NCBI GenBank assembly: GCA_964016885.1
Contig: OZ024741.1
Coordinates: forward strand, 99,572,001 to 99,636,000
Length of the DNA: 64,000 nt
Direction: 5' to 3'
Source: Eledone cirrhosa
Lineage: Eukaryota
A model generated the notes under the pieces. The model was not told the origin of the DNA and made no database searches. It saw only the letters and a list, made by a program, of their open reading frames with translations. How positions within the stretch are numbered: position 1 is the stretch's first letter; every line of letters begins with the position of its first letter. Positions 27,626 through 39,735 of the stretch are shown here, piece after piece. The position numbers were made by a program, and so were the translations under genes.

Positions 27626-28674
27626 TGGCAGTAACTTCAGCAAGCCACCTAAAGGTAAAAAAAAAAAAAAAAAACCCTTTTTGCCATCAATTTACATCAC
27701 TAAAACTTTTATTTTATTTTTGTCATGTCCCCCTCTCCCCCTCACACAGGGGAACAAGAACCATTACAAGATCCATATGGAGGGCAGGTGTTATGTCTCT
27801 GACATGTTTTAGGCAAATTCTTCTACTTTAATAACTTCTAATGGTGGCAGTGGTGCAAAGGGTCGGGTGGAGAGGTATTTTGATTGTTTTCTTTTGGAAA
27901 GTTGAGGATATTTTTTATACATTTTCTTATTTTCTCTCCTCTCTCTCTCCATCCAGTCTTCCCTTACAATTCATTTAAAAATTTCAAGAGTTGACTTGTT
28001 AAAGAGAGAGGGAGTGGAGGAACAAGAAAGAGAGGGGAGAAGTGAGAGAAATAAAAAAAAAAAACAGAAAATAAACAGAATTTTTGAACATGTACTGATG
28101 TGGTTACCTAATTAGTAACACAATACAGTGAGGTCTTGGTGTCTGTTTGCTCTTGTTAAAGGTTTTTTGTTGTTTTTTTGTTTGTGTGGTGGAGAGGGTG
28201 TTTTCCCCTAAAACACAATTTAAACATTTTTTTTTTTGGCTTTCCTAAATGTTGTCCTTGTTGAACTGTTGTTCTTTCTTGTGGAATTAATTAACAGCAC
28301 AAAAAGAATCCTTCATGAGAATTTTTGTTTTAAGAGCATCTAGAGGGGTGTGTGTGTGGTGAAGAAATATAAAAAGCAACAGAAAAAATTACACAAAAAA
28401 CACAAAAGTACTATGATAAAATACACACAGCCCACTCTAGATGTTAGTGCTGGTGCCATGATGAAATGCAGCCAGCTTGACGCTATAACGTGCTAAAGAT
28501 AGTGCCACAATATAATGCGCCCAGTACACACTGTTAAGTGGTTGGTGTTAGAAAGGGCATCCAGCTGTAGAATTCTAAACTGGAATGCATGAGCAAGATA
28601 TAGTTATCTTACCTGTCTAGTCTCAGAATGTGACCTGTCTAACCGATGCTAATGTGGAAGATGGCCAATATATA

Positions 28675-29116
28675 CCGTATATATTCAAATATAAGCCAAC
28701 CCCTTTATTTTATGCCTGAGAATGGGCAAAAATCCAAACCCCATTTATAAGCTGAGGCAGCTAATTATGTTTAGATGGTGTGGTTTTGAAATTTCTTGTG
28801 ACTATAAAATACATTTATGAGGTTTAGATTATAGCTTCTGTTTGATGACTCCTTTTTATCTATTTTATGAAATTTCAACAAGTTTCTTGACTATTTGTTT
28901 CCTTCTGGCTACTGACATGGTAGGAGTACTTTAAAAGCAAGGGATGGTTGTTGTCCACCTCCTCCTCTCTATAGGGATTAATAGAGTAGAACTAGGTACA
29001 CACAAGATACTACATACATCTAAAATGTACCATATACTTTAAGTTGGGGTTTTGTAGACTGGTATTTCACATATTTTCATAGAAAAGGGTACAATTTATA
29101 TATAGTGTAAGTGGTA
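28675..29116. mobile_element. Tc1/mariner (Tc2/pogo-like) non-autonomous element
   Basis: Left end TA-CCGTATATATTCAAATATAAGCC resembles CCGTATATACTCGAGTATAAGCC termini; right end degraded, boundary uncertain. Confidence 0.45.
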
Positions 29117-29199
29117 TGTAAAATATTGTGTAAATTTACTATATATATATATATATAGTAAATTTACACGAAAAGTAATAACATTGCTTTATATATATA

Positions 29200-29794
29200 C
29201 TAGCAGAATGGCCCGGCATTGCTTGGGATTTGCTCTAGGGTTCTTATATATTTGATATATATTTATCCTTATTGAGCTTCGTGAAATAAATACGTTTGTT
29301 TATATTTTGCATTGTGTATGCAAAAATATCTGTACACGAATTTATAATTATATATATATATATATTAAAATAACAGATTAAAGTTTAAGCAAAGAATCGC
29401 TGCTGTCACCCTTAACGGGATCTTCTGAAACTAAAAGATCAATCTGTGAACGCAGAAGTAAATATTTCGAAAAACGTTACTATATATATATATATATACA
29501 CACACTATATATACATATATATACACACACACACACATATAGCATCATAATGTCGTAATGCATACAGACAGATATTATAAGGGCGCAATGTTATATCTAT
29601 GTATCTATCTAAAAAGAAAGACTAAGAGAGAGAAAGAGAGATCGCTTTTTCGCCTAATGCGGTCCCTAAGGCATTGAAAATTTGAAATATTTTTGGCTCA
29701 AAACATTCACAGGACCATAAGTATTACCTGTGTAAAGTTTGAAAACAATCGGTTGGGTGGTTCTCGAGTTTTAGGGAGTCAGACAGACATTCTC

Positions 29795-29800
<6 letters not shown>
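29200..29800 (-). mobile_element. Non-autonomous Helitron/Helentron-like element
   Basis: CTAG terminus at 29200-29203 with adjacent GC hairpin remnant CCCGGCATTGCTTGGG; other end AAAGTTTGAAAACAATCGGTTGGGTGGTT...CAGACAGACATTCTCTGTTTTATAT resembles Lep1/DINE-like elements; (TA)n on both sides. Confidence 0.7.
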
Positions 29801-29852
<52 letters not shown>

Positions 29853-30612
29853 CAATGTTATTACATTTCCCTTACTTTCAATGATACCTCCTTCTTCCTC
29901 ATACATATACCATGAAATATTAAGAAACTTTTTACCTAGCTAACATATCAGTATTTCCCCTGCAGGTGGTTTTATTTTATTCTCAAGTTATCACCTTCCT
30001 TCCTTATTCATACAATAACACAATCACACACCTTCCTGTCTGAATGAATGGTCAGGTGGTATTATTAACAAAAGATGGTATAGAAAAGCAGAGGGCTTAT
30101 TTATCAGCTGCTGCTCCTCAATTTCCATCCAGCCCTAGCTTCAATAATTACCTTCACAGCAACTAACATTTAATAACATGTGACTTTAAAAAGCCTATTT
30201 GATCAGTAATAAATGCTAGACTCAGTTTCTCTCAATGAAATCCCAGACTTTCTTCTAAGGGTTCTCCTTTTCTCCCCAATGACCTTTTATTGGAAAGTCA
30301 AGCCAGACATGAATGTCTGTCTGCAAACATCTATTACTATGATATATATTTTTTAATCCTCATTTATCAAAATTATTATATCCAAACAAAGCATTTTGGA
30401 ATTCAGTTTTCTAAAGAATTTGAACAGTAAGATTTATTTTTAAACCATTCAATCTATAAGAGCTTAGCCTGCCCTCAGGTTGTGCAATTACAAGAGGTTA
30501 AAATGTGCTAGACTACAAATCTGAAAAATTTACAATTTCAAAGCTTTCTATATATTTTAAGAAATATTCTGCCAGAATTGTTTATAATTTTACCATTTTA
30601 TATATATATATA

Positions 30613-31370
30613 TTAGAAATAAGAGGGATCAGATGTTGTTTACTCGAGAGAAGGCTACGTTGGTATGGTCACGTGATGCGCATGAAAGACGATAGCTGTA
30701 TAACAAAGTGCAGGGCAATAAAGATAGACGGTAGCCACGGAATAGGCAGACCCAGAAAAACCTGGGACGAGCTGATAAATTCCGACCTCACACACTTACA
30801 CCTCTCCAAGACAATGTCACTGGACCAAGACCTTTGGCGGTACTCAGTAATAGAGAAGACCCGCCTTACCTAAATACAAAGTAAAACCTACTACAGTCAG
30901 TAGGCATCTCTAACAAAATACACCCCCGTCCCACCACCCCCACCCCATCCACATCGCCCCTTTCAATGTAAAGTTATGTTGGTGCCACAACATCCAGGCC
31001 GAAACAAATGAGATCGTGTAGGTGTCACGACAAAAAAACACAGTCCACGCTGTAATGTGACCGTGTAGGCAACACGGTAAAAACCTCCCAGCCCCACACT
31101 GTAAATGTGGTTGGTGTTAGGAAGGCATCCAGCTGTAGAAAACCCGCCAGACAGTCCACGCTGTAATGTGGCTGTGTAGGCAACACGGTAAAAACCTCCC
31201 AGCCCCACACTGTAAATGTGGTTGGTGTTAGGAAGGGCATCCAGCTGTAGAAAACCCGCCAGATAGTCCTATGCGAGCAAGATAATCACTCTTGCCTCAA
31301 GTGGGAAAACCCCCGTCCAAACCCATGCAAGCGTGGAACACGGACGTTAAACGTTGATGATGATGATGAT
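30613..31370 (+). mobile_element. 5'-truncated RTE-clade LINE (ORF C-terminus 30613-30873, 3' UTR and (GAT)n tail)
   Basis: LEIRGIRCCLLERRLRWYGHVMRMKDDSCITKCRAIKIDGSHGIGRPRKTWDELINSDL...DQDLWR is the typical RTE C-terminus; stop-free, CpGs intact; inserted in (TA)n. Confidence 0.92.
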
Positions 31371-33850
31371 ATATATATATATAGGAGCAAGTATATTGAT
31401 GGAAAAAATCAGCTTTTATCATCTAAAAAAAACAACTACACTATATAGTTATATTTGAAATATATAGTTGTAAACGCTTCATAACAAATGGAGAATTAAC
31501 TTTTTTTCCAAACAGATGAAATTTTGTTACTGTTCTTTTGTCTAAATCAGGGTTTATTGATCAAATCTATGATCAGAGGAATACCTGTCGTGACCATCCC
31601 TTCTTTCTTTTTTACATACTGTATCTAGGGGTTTTAAGGTGGTAGGGTATGTTATGAGGGATATATTTTGGGTGCTATTTCTGGTAAACCAAGTGACCAT
31701 GTAGCAGCATCACCATTGACACAAGAAATTACATTTTAAATTAAACAGTAGTAGCATTGAAAAATTTCCTAAGAGCGCCTTGATTAGGTAAGTTAAAGTA
31801 TTGACATATGGCAATTTCACATGGGTACCTTCTGCATGAAAATGTAGCTCAGTGCAAACCACCATACTTGAGTAGTAGTAATAATGATAAAATAGAGGTT
31901 AGTACAGTTATATTTGGATTTAGATTCTTTCTTATATATTAAGGTGCTTTTTGTAGCAGGTTGAGTTGTCACACAGAGGCTGGCTACCTTTTAAGCTCCA
32001 ACACTTATATATGATGTCAAGATTCATTGACCCATGTTTGTACAGTAAACTTAATTTTTACATATGAAATTTAGTATCTATTGTTACCACTATGGGTCTG
32101 AAACAATACATGGACAATTTTGTCAGTTTCCCCCCTTTTAAATTTGTCTCTTCTCTATCTTGAAAAAGAACTTGATGTCCAAAATGTTAAGTTTCCCTTT
32201 CCCACACAGCTTAATAAATACATTGATTTAACCTTTCTTTTTAATATTTGTATTGCCTTTAGGGAGGCAGAATTGATAGAGCATCAAATAAAATGTCATT
32301 GTGGGATTTGTTCTGGCTCTTTAGATTCTGCATTCAAACCCCATTGTGGTCAACTTTTCCTTTTATCCTGTCAAGGTCAATAGAATAAGGTACCAGTCAA
32401 GTGGATTTAATCAACTTTGCCTTTCCCCAAAATTGACAGGCCTTGTGCCTAAATTAGATATCAATATTTGTATTGCATTTTTACCCAATTTTCTTTCGCT
32501 CTCTCCTCACCATTAAGGTCTAAAGATGGCTTGGTGTGGGTAGCTTAAATAATCAGAAACTTATGGGTGCAAAAAAAAACTGAATAAGTCAAACTATAAT
32601 TTTTTAAATGCCAAAGACTGTGTGTAACATGTATTTGCTCATACTGGAAACTCTTAAATTCAATCTGCATTCAACATTCAGTGTTTATTTATCCAATAAT
32701 TTAACAAACTTGTTGAACCCTTAAATACCTAATTAGAATTTATTTTCGAAATTGTTACTGTATATGTGATATATATATATATATATATATATTGTGTGCG
32801 AGTGCATGTATGTATATAACTTCAGTTCCTTCGGATTTATAGGCCAAGGAGAAGAAAGCGAATTAAAAATGAGTTAGTTTTACTAAGACAATATGCATAT
32901 ATGCTGTATGTATACAAATGTATGTAACTTTATAGCATAAAGCAAGCAACATACTGCCAAACTAATTTTCTTTCAGATCTCAGATATTCCTAAAAAAAAA
33001 AAAAAGTTCCTGTCTGTTATAATATTCTGCCAAATTTAGAATAAATATTTAAAATTTATTTGTTATGGTTGGATATTCCTTACCACCAAAAAAAAAAAAA
33101 AAAAAAAAAAAATTGATGTGTATGTGTGTGTGTGTGTGTATATATATATCATTATCATCACCACCACCATCATATACCATCTGTTTTCCCTGTTAACATG
33201 GGTTGAACAGGTCATCATAACAGACCAATTCAGTACTTGGTAGGAGCCACTGACCTCTCATGCAATGTGAACAACATGTCACCATCGCATTATATATATA
33301 TATATATATATATATAATGCGATGGTGAGATGTTGTTCACATTACATCTGAGAGGCTCCTACTACTAAAATAAAGTACCAGTAATGCACTGGGTAATTGG
33401 TGGCCTTGTGCCAAAAGTAGAAACAATTATATATATATATATATATATTAATTCAGGTTTGAGGTTCACCACTGGATAGAGCTGGTCAATTCCGCATGGT
33501 CAATCTTAATGTAATAGTATGGAGAGTACTCAACATAAAGCAGTTCAACCGTCTTTGTTTTTGTAGTTGGTGGTGCTAGTACGGAGTTAAATATTATAAT
33601 TGAAATGATCATAGTATAATAAACCTTTCAAGGATTTACACAAGTCCAGCCTCCTGTCATTTTATTATAATATTTAACTCCGTACTAGCACCACCAACTA
33701 GAAAAACAAAGACGGTTGAACTGCTTTACGTTGAGTACTCTCCATACTATTACATAAGATTGACCATGCGGAATTGACCAGCTCTATCCAGTGGTGAACC
33801 TCAAACCTGAATAAATAATGTTCCTGAAATGTTGAACACTTCCAAATGTA

Positions 33851-34044
33851 ATAATTGTTTCTACTTTTGGCACAAGGCCAGCAATTATCTCAGTGCATTA
33901 CTGGTACTTTATTTTATCAACCCCGTAAGGATGAAAGGCAAAGTTAACCTAGGCGGGATTTGAACTCAGAATGGCAAGGGCCGTAACTCTATGCATCAAA
34001 GGATGGCGTCCAACCCTCTACCGATACTGCCAATTCACCGCCCT
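33851..34044 (-). mobile_element. SINE family A (short, young) inserted into the Penelope-like element
   Basis: TSD AATGTAATAAT at 33845-33855 and 34045-34055. Confidence 0.93.
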
Positions 34045-35899
34045 AATGTAATAATGAACAGCAGCATGGGACTGAATATATCTAACCACCACTCGGATTT
34101 TGGCTACTCAGTGTTTTGCCTACCGCCCACCTGGCCCATTGCTACTTCCCTCTCCGAATATTCAGACTTCGACGAAATTCTACGGATTATACCATAACTT
34201 GTATTGTACTCTACTGTATTGACTAAATTCTCTACCCTATACTTCAGGGCCTGTGTAACTCACACTGAATTCTCAGACTCGAACATACACTGATTCCATT
34301 TCCACATCTATATGCATTATCTGACTGCAACTTGAACTATATTGTATTTCTCCTGTGTCTTGATCTCTTCATTTACTCCACCACCACTCTTGTTTGTTTA
34401 TTTATATCTTTCTCCTTTGCTGTATTAATGTGCTTTTTCCACGTATTCTACTTCTATACATCCATGTACTTTTTACTCCTCTTATTCGGACTTTTACTCG
34501 CGTGTACCCATTAGCACACGACACTAGAATGTCTCCCCCTGAGAACAAAAATAAATATTACCCGACTATATCCCTTACTCTACATCCCACTAGGATAACT
34601 TATAGAGGATCTATATAATACAATTAAAGTTTCCTCATAAAAGACTTTCTTTAACTAAACCCCGCAAAACCTTAAAAAAGTTTTTTTAAATGTTTAATTT
34701 TGAATTTTCTAATTGTTCAATTCTCAATCTTCTTAATTTTATAATGTTATTCTGAATTTTTTCAACTTCATCCTATAAATCTAAACAATAATTTAACGCT
34801 TTCTGTCGGACTGTTGGGTTGGTTTTCCTGGCAGCGGGACCGGCCCCCTGGCGCATAGGCCTACCTTGAGTGCTTGGAAAAATAAATTTCCCCTTCTTTC
34901 AGTAAATGAAACTACTCAGAGTGGCTTGATTTGCCCCAGGGGCCCGGTGCGCAGCCGTTTTTTTTACCGCCATATAGTACCTTTAAATTACAGATCTAAT
35001 CATAACTATTAGATGTATCAAACCCCCCTCCTGGGTAAATGAATAGTACTGGTTTTGTACAAGGATGGCCTAACGATGCGGGCTGACTTCCCGCTGGCGC
35101 ACCTGAAGCCTGTTATACATTCCTAGACTGCTCGGAAAAATTGATTTCCATATCTTTCGCTAGGCGATATCACTCGGAGTGATGGGCTGTGCAAGCCTGT
35201 AGTCACCACATGCTGTTTGACGGCTAAACAAAGACACAATCTTTACTCTATAATAAAATTTAAGTTTCTTCATAAAAGACTCTTTCTTTGCTTAAACCTC
35301 GCAACCTTAAAAATGTTAAACTGTTTAACTTTCAATTTTCTAATTTCTTTAATTTTATAATGTTAATATTAAATATTAATTTTTTAACTTCATCCTATAA
35401 ATCTAAACAAAAATGTAACGTTCCAATCTTCTGCTCACACATTATAACATACAGACCCCCACTATATTTACCTCTGCTAAGATACGGGTCCCTTAGAAAA
35501 AAAAATGTTCGCGCCATTCCTGGCCTGACTGTAGTCTGACATTAGTACCGACCTTTCTTCCTCTTTCTTTCTGTCTTCTTGACATTAACCCTGACTTTTC
35601 TTCCTTCTCTTCCCCCTTCTTTCTGTCTGTCTTCTTGTAGCTGGACACGAACCCTGACTTTTCTTCTTCCTTTTCTTCCTTCCCCCTTCTTTTTTCTTGT
35701 GGTATGATATTAACACTGACTTATCTTCCTCTCCCTTTCTGTTTTCCTCTATTTGACCGGTAGTAGCACACTATAAGCTTTAGCCACCTCACTCGAGGGT
35801 GACCGGCAAAGGTGGAAGATGCTGGATGACGGTCGTCCTCCGGTCTTTGATTTTCAGCCCCATGGATTTTATCTATTACATTCATTTATTATATTTCGA

Positions 35900-35957
35900 A
35901 TACTTGATGATATCACCGGATTCATACGGAACCCGGTCATTGAAATGATCATAGTAT
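35900..35957 (+). ncRNA. Degenerate minimal type I hammerhead ribozyme
   Basis: ATAC-[T]TGATGA-stem II (ACCGGATTC/GAACCCGGT)-TGAAA-TGATCA (palindromic stem III)-TA-GTAT. C3 and the stem II closing pair are non-canonical. Confidence 0.5.
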
Positions 35958-36003
35958 AATAAACCTTTCAAGGATTTACACAAGTCCAGCCTCCTGTCAT
36001 TTC

Positions 36004-36055
<52 letters not shown>

Positions 36056-36471
36056 GTGCAGGTAGACCTAATAATTAATTTAATATAATATAAATATTAA
36101 AAATGGCTAGACTGTAATTAAAGATATATATATGAATTCTTAAGTATCTTGATTTGATTAAAGCACTGTTTGGCAGTAAATCAATAGAATTACGTTTTTT
36201 TTTCGGCACTTCCAAATATAAAGATTGTGCCAATCAGTTCTCTGTATGTATGTCTTTGTATCCGTCATTCATATAATATATGAAGGTGATAGATTTGTAG
36301 ATTTTGTAGCCCAGTAGGTAAAATGGCATGTAATGTTTATTTCCATACCTTTTGCATTCTTTTTAGGGACAACTTTGCCTTTCATCTTTATCTACTGGAT
36401 AAAATAAGTACTAAATGATAGAGTCCCCCTAAAAAAAAAACTTGAGGTGTGTGGCAATATTAGAATAATAT

Positions 36472-36687
36472 CATTTAAACTGGCCATATCTGGCCAGAAT
36501 TCTCTCACCTCTTTCTGTTCAAACTGGCCATAACCGACTGCTCATACTTATGTTAAGTAATGTTCTCAAAATAAATAACATCAAAAGCACATTGATTTGA
36601 TATTATGAGAGATAATTATGTAATATAAAGCCTTTACCACAAAAATGCAATAGTAAATATAGAGTAATATAAATGCTAAAGGGTTAA
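36472..36687 (+). mobile_element. piggyBac-type MITE family A, left-truncated
   Basis: CATTTAAACTGGCCATATCTGGCC...AAATGCTAAAGGG-TTAA. Confidence 0.8.
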
Positions 36688-37859
36688 ATAAGTACCAGTT
36701 AAATATTAGGGTTGACAATTTACTCAATTAAGCACTTTCATCACAAATATGTGGCCCTGTGATAAGTTAACTACTACTACTATTGATATTAAAGAGTAAG
36801 TCTTTGAATATCATCAGTGTGGTTGGAACCAGGATATGAATTGTCAAATTTTCAATTAGTAGTTCATCTCCCTATTGACTAAGAATAATTATAACTCTCA
36901 AAATTTGGTATTATACAAAGGTTATCTTGCTATGGAATATTTACTTAAAGAAGCCTCATCTAATCCATACTAGCATGGAAAAGCAGACATGAAAACAATG
37001 ATGATCATGATCATGATATATCCACATTAATATTAAATCACAGGCCATACAAACTATACTACTGTACCACAAGCACAACACCACACCATATTGCAACTAC
37101 ATACATTTTATATTAATGGAAGTCAACTAATATGTCAATTTCTTCAATCAGGAGAAATGGATCTATCTAGTTAATGTGTCATTACATAACGAGCCTACTG
37201 CCATTGTCCATTATCTTTGACAATACCGTCCAAATAGGCTGGTTTCCTTAACAGCCTCATCTGTTCATAACCCCTAAATTAGCTTAAAAGATGCCTTTAA
37301 TAAATACATTCTTTAAATTAGCTACCTTAACATCTGACTTCCTTTAACAGCTTCCTATCTCAGTGTCTCTGATGGTATTCCTTATATTATGTGGGTGGGA
37401 AGGGGACCCTTAATTTAGTTCCCTTAACTATTTCCTTCATCTCAGCCCCCTAAATGGTCTTCTCATTAATGGTTGTCTATATTACAATCCCTAAATTAGT
37501 TTCCATAGTTACAGCTGAAATTAGCAGCCACTTGGGCTATCATTTTCACATGCGATTTTCATTGTTCTTCCTCTGTATTTCTTTAATCACACTGCCCTCC
37601 ATCATAGCACATGGCCCCACCACAGCTCCTCCTTCACTAAAATGTTTATCACTACCATTATCACCTTACCAATACATCTACTCCTTTTAAACTACTACTT
37701 TGGTGTTCTCTCCTACCACCACCATCCAAACCTCCCAGCACTACCCAAAAACCCCCTCATAATTTTCCCCCCTCCCTTCACTCTGTGTTTTGTTTCATTC
37801 TTGTAAAATTAGTTATGCTGGCCATCTGTGGTAAATAAAAAGAATTAGTTGTGATTATC

Positions 37860-38191
37860 ATTAACTTTGCCTTTCCTCCTTACAAGATTGATAACATAAA
37901 GTACCAGTAATGTACTGAGATAATTGTTGGCCTTGTGCCAAAAGTAGAAACAATTATTGTTATTAAGGGTGATGATGATGGTGTTAGATTGGCAGTATCG
38001 GTAGAGCGTCAGACATGCTTTGCAGTATATATTTAAGTCCCTTTACATTCTAAGTTCAAATCCTGAAGCGGATAGCTTTGCCTTTCATCCTTACAGGGTT
38101 AATAAAATAAAGCACCAGTGATGCACTGGGGTTGATTTAATCGACTTTCCCCTCCCCTAAAATTGTTGGCCTTGTGCCTAAATCAGAAACT
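37860..38191 (+). mobile_element. Two tandem SINE family A copies (short subtype fragment, then long subtype)
   Basis: Family cores at ~37895 and ~38105. Confidence 0.85.
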
Positions 38192-38852
38192 CTTATTGTG
38201 TGTCATCACTGCATTACTGAGCATAGCTCTGTGTGCCTTGGATGTGTTATGTTTATAGTGTTGTTATTTCTCTTGTATTGAGAGTACTCTACATAACATG
38301 TGCAATACCTAATAGTGCTATTTTTTGTATTTTGTATACATTTGTAAGTTTTGCAGCAGTATATATGTATTTGTGTTTTGTTTTGTTTTTTTTTCAATCC
38401 TAGAGCACCTCAAACTGTTGGCCTTGTGCCTAAATTAGAAACTATTATTGTTGTTTTGTTATGGTTTGGGACTTTATGGGATCAAATCAGTAGAATGCCA
38501 GACAAAATGTCTTGTGGTTTACTAAATTATATAGTGAGTGGCAAAATCAGTTGAGCAGTGGACAAATTATTGTATAGTATTTAGTCATGTCATGTTAACC
38601 ACCTGAAACTGCTCTACATATATGATACAAAAGTGGTCATGTTGAAATGTTTATACTTTAATCAAAACCTTCCATCATAATTTTATTTAAGTAATGTTCT
38701 AAATATCAGCTTACAAATGACAGTGTTAGTTATTTGATTATATATATTAGGCTATTTCAAAATTAACTGAAATACAGAGGCAATATATTTCATTAGAAAT
38801 ATGGTAACAATTTGATTAAATCTCCAAATATTTGATTATTTTAAACTGAACT

Positions 38853-39196
38853 ATATTCTTGGGTCTCAAATAATGCCCCCCCCCCCTCCTCCTCCTTCTT
38901 ATTAAATTTTGCTAATTTATCTCCAGTGAAATTTTATTTTAAGTGCTACCATTCCTGTCGCAGTTAAATTTCTTTATACATTAAAAAACATTATACATGA
39001 CATAAAAAGAAAATTGCCAGAAGTCCCATAAGTATAAATAGGATTGGTTGGGGTCTTATTATGTAAACTATACAACTAATTCTGTTTTGTTTTTTTAATC
39101 AACAGAGACAACCTAGAAAAATTATCGATTTTCCAACCCCCTGCCTATTCCAACTTCATTGCTTATCCCTCACCCTATTATTGGGAACCCGAGAGT
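38853..39196. mobile_element. Possible MITE with degenerate TIRs
   Basis: ATTCTTGGGTCTCAAATAATG versus reverse complement of CTATTATTGGGAACCCGAGAGT. Confidence 0.35.
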
Positions 39197-39735
39197 TAGG
39201 CAGTGTATTTCATTAAAAAATGTTAATGAAAGGGTTAGATGTTCATACCCCACCAGGGTTGAATTTGCCTACCATCTCTCTCATCATCATAGTCATAATT
39301 TTTATAGCTACTTTTCCATGCTGGGTTCACTGGGTCACCACAGTACAAATCTTCTTCAAAGTTACTGTCCTTCTATCCAAGTCAGGAACTGCATCTGACT
39401 TGCACATGCCACTTTTTAGCATAGTTTCTACAGTTAAATGCATTTCCTATTTTGCAGGGAGTACTGGATGCATTTTATTTGCCACTGATGCTAGAGAGGT
39501 TGTCATGATCTTAAGCAAGACTCAGGCGTGCCCGCTACCATACATTGTTTTGGATTATTTATTGGCACCAAGCAATACTTAAAAATCTGAGTTGAAATCT
39601 TGAGGTCAAATTTTATCATTCAGTCTTCCGGTAGAGAAGATAAAATAAAGTACCAGTAACACACTGGGGTAGATTTAATCAACTTTCCCCTTCCCATAAA
39701 ATTGCTTGCCTTCTGCCAAAAGTAGAAACAATTAC

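Larger units (their letters stand above)
33451..36009 (+). mobile_element. Non-autonomous Penelope-like element (inverted 5' segment plus direct terminal repeats)
   Basis: Inverted arms 33451-33600 / 33664-33812; direct repeats 33601-33669 and 35941-36009; hammerhead-like motif 35900-35957; (TA)n both sides; no RT/GIY-YIG ORF seen. Confidence 0.7.

Noticed and set aside
30505-30873. 122 aa ORF as a host gene
   Set aside because: The C-terminal part is an RTE LINE end; the N-terminal part is chance read-through of flank and (TA)n.
39076-39196. Branch point, poly-Y and CAG acceptor with an open frame
   Set aside because: Falls within a probable MITE; no good donor; peptide unrecognisable.
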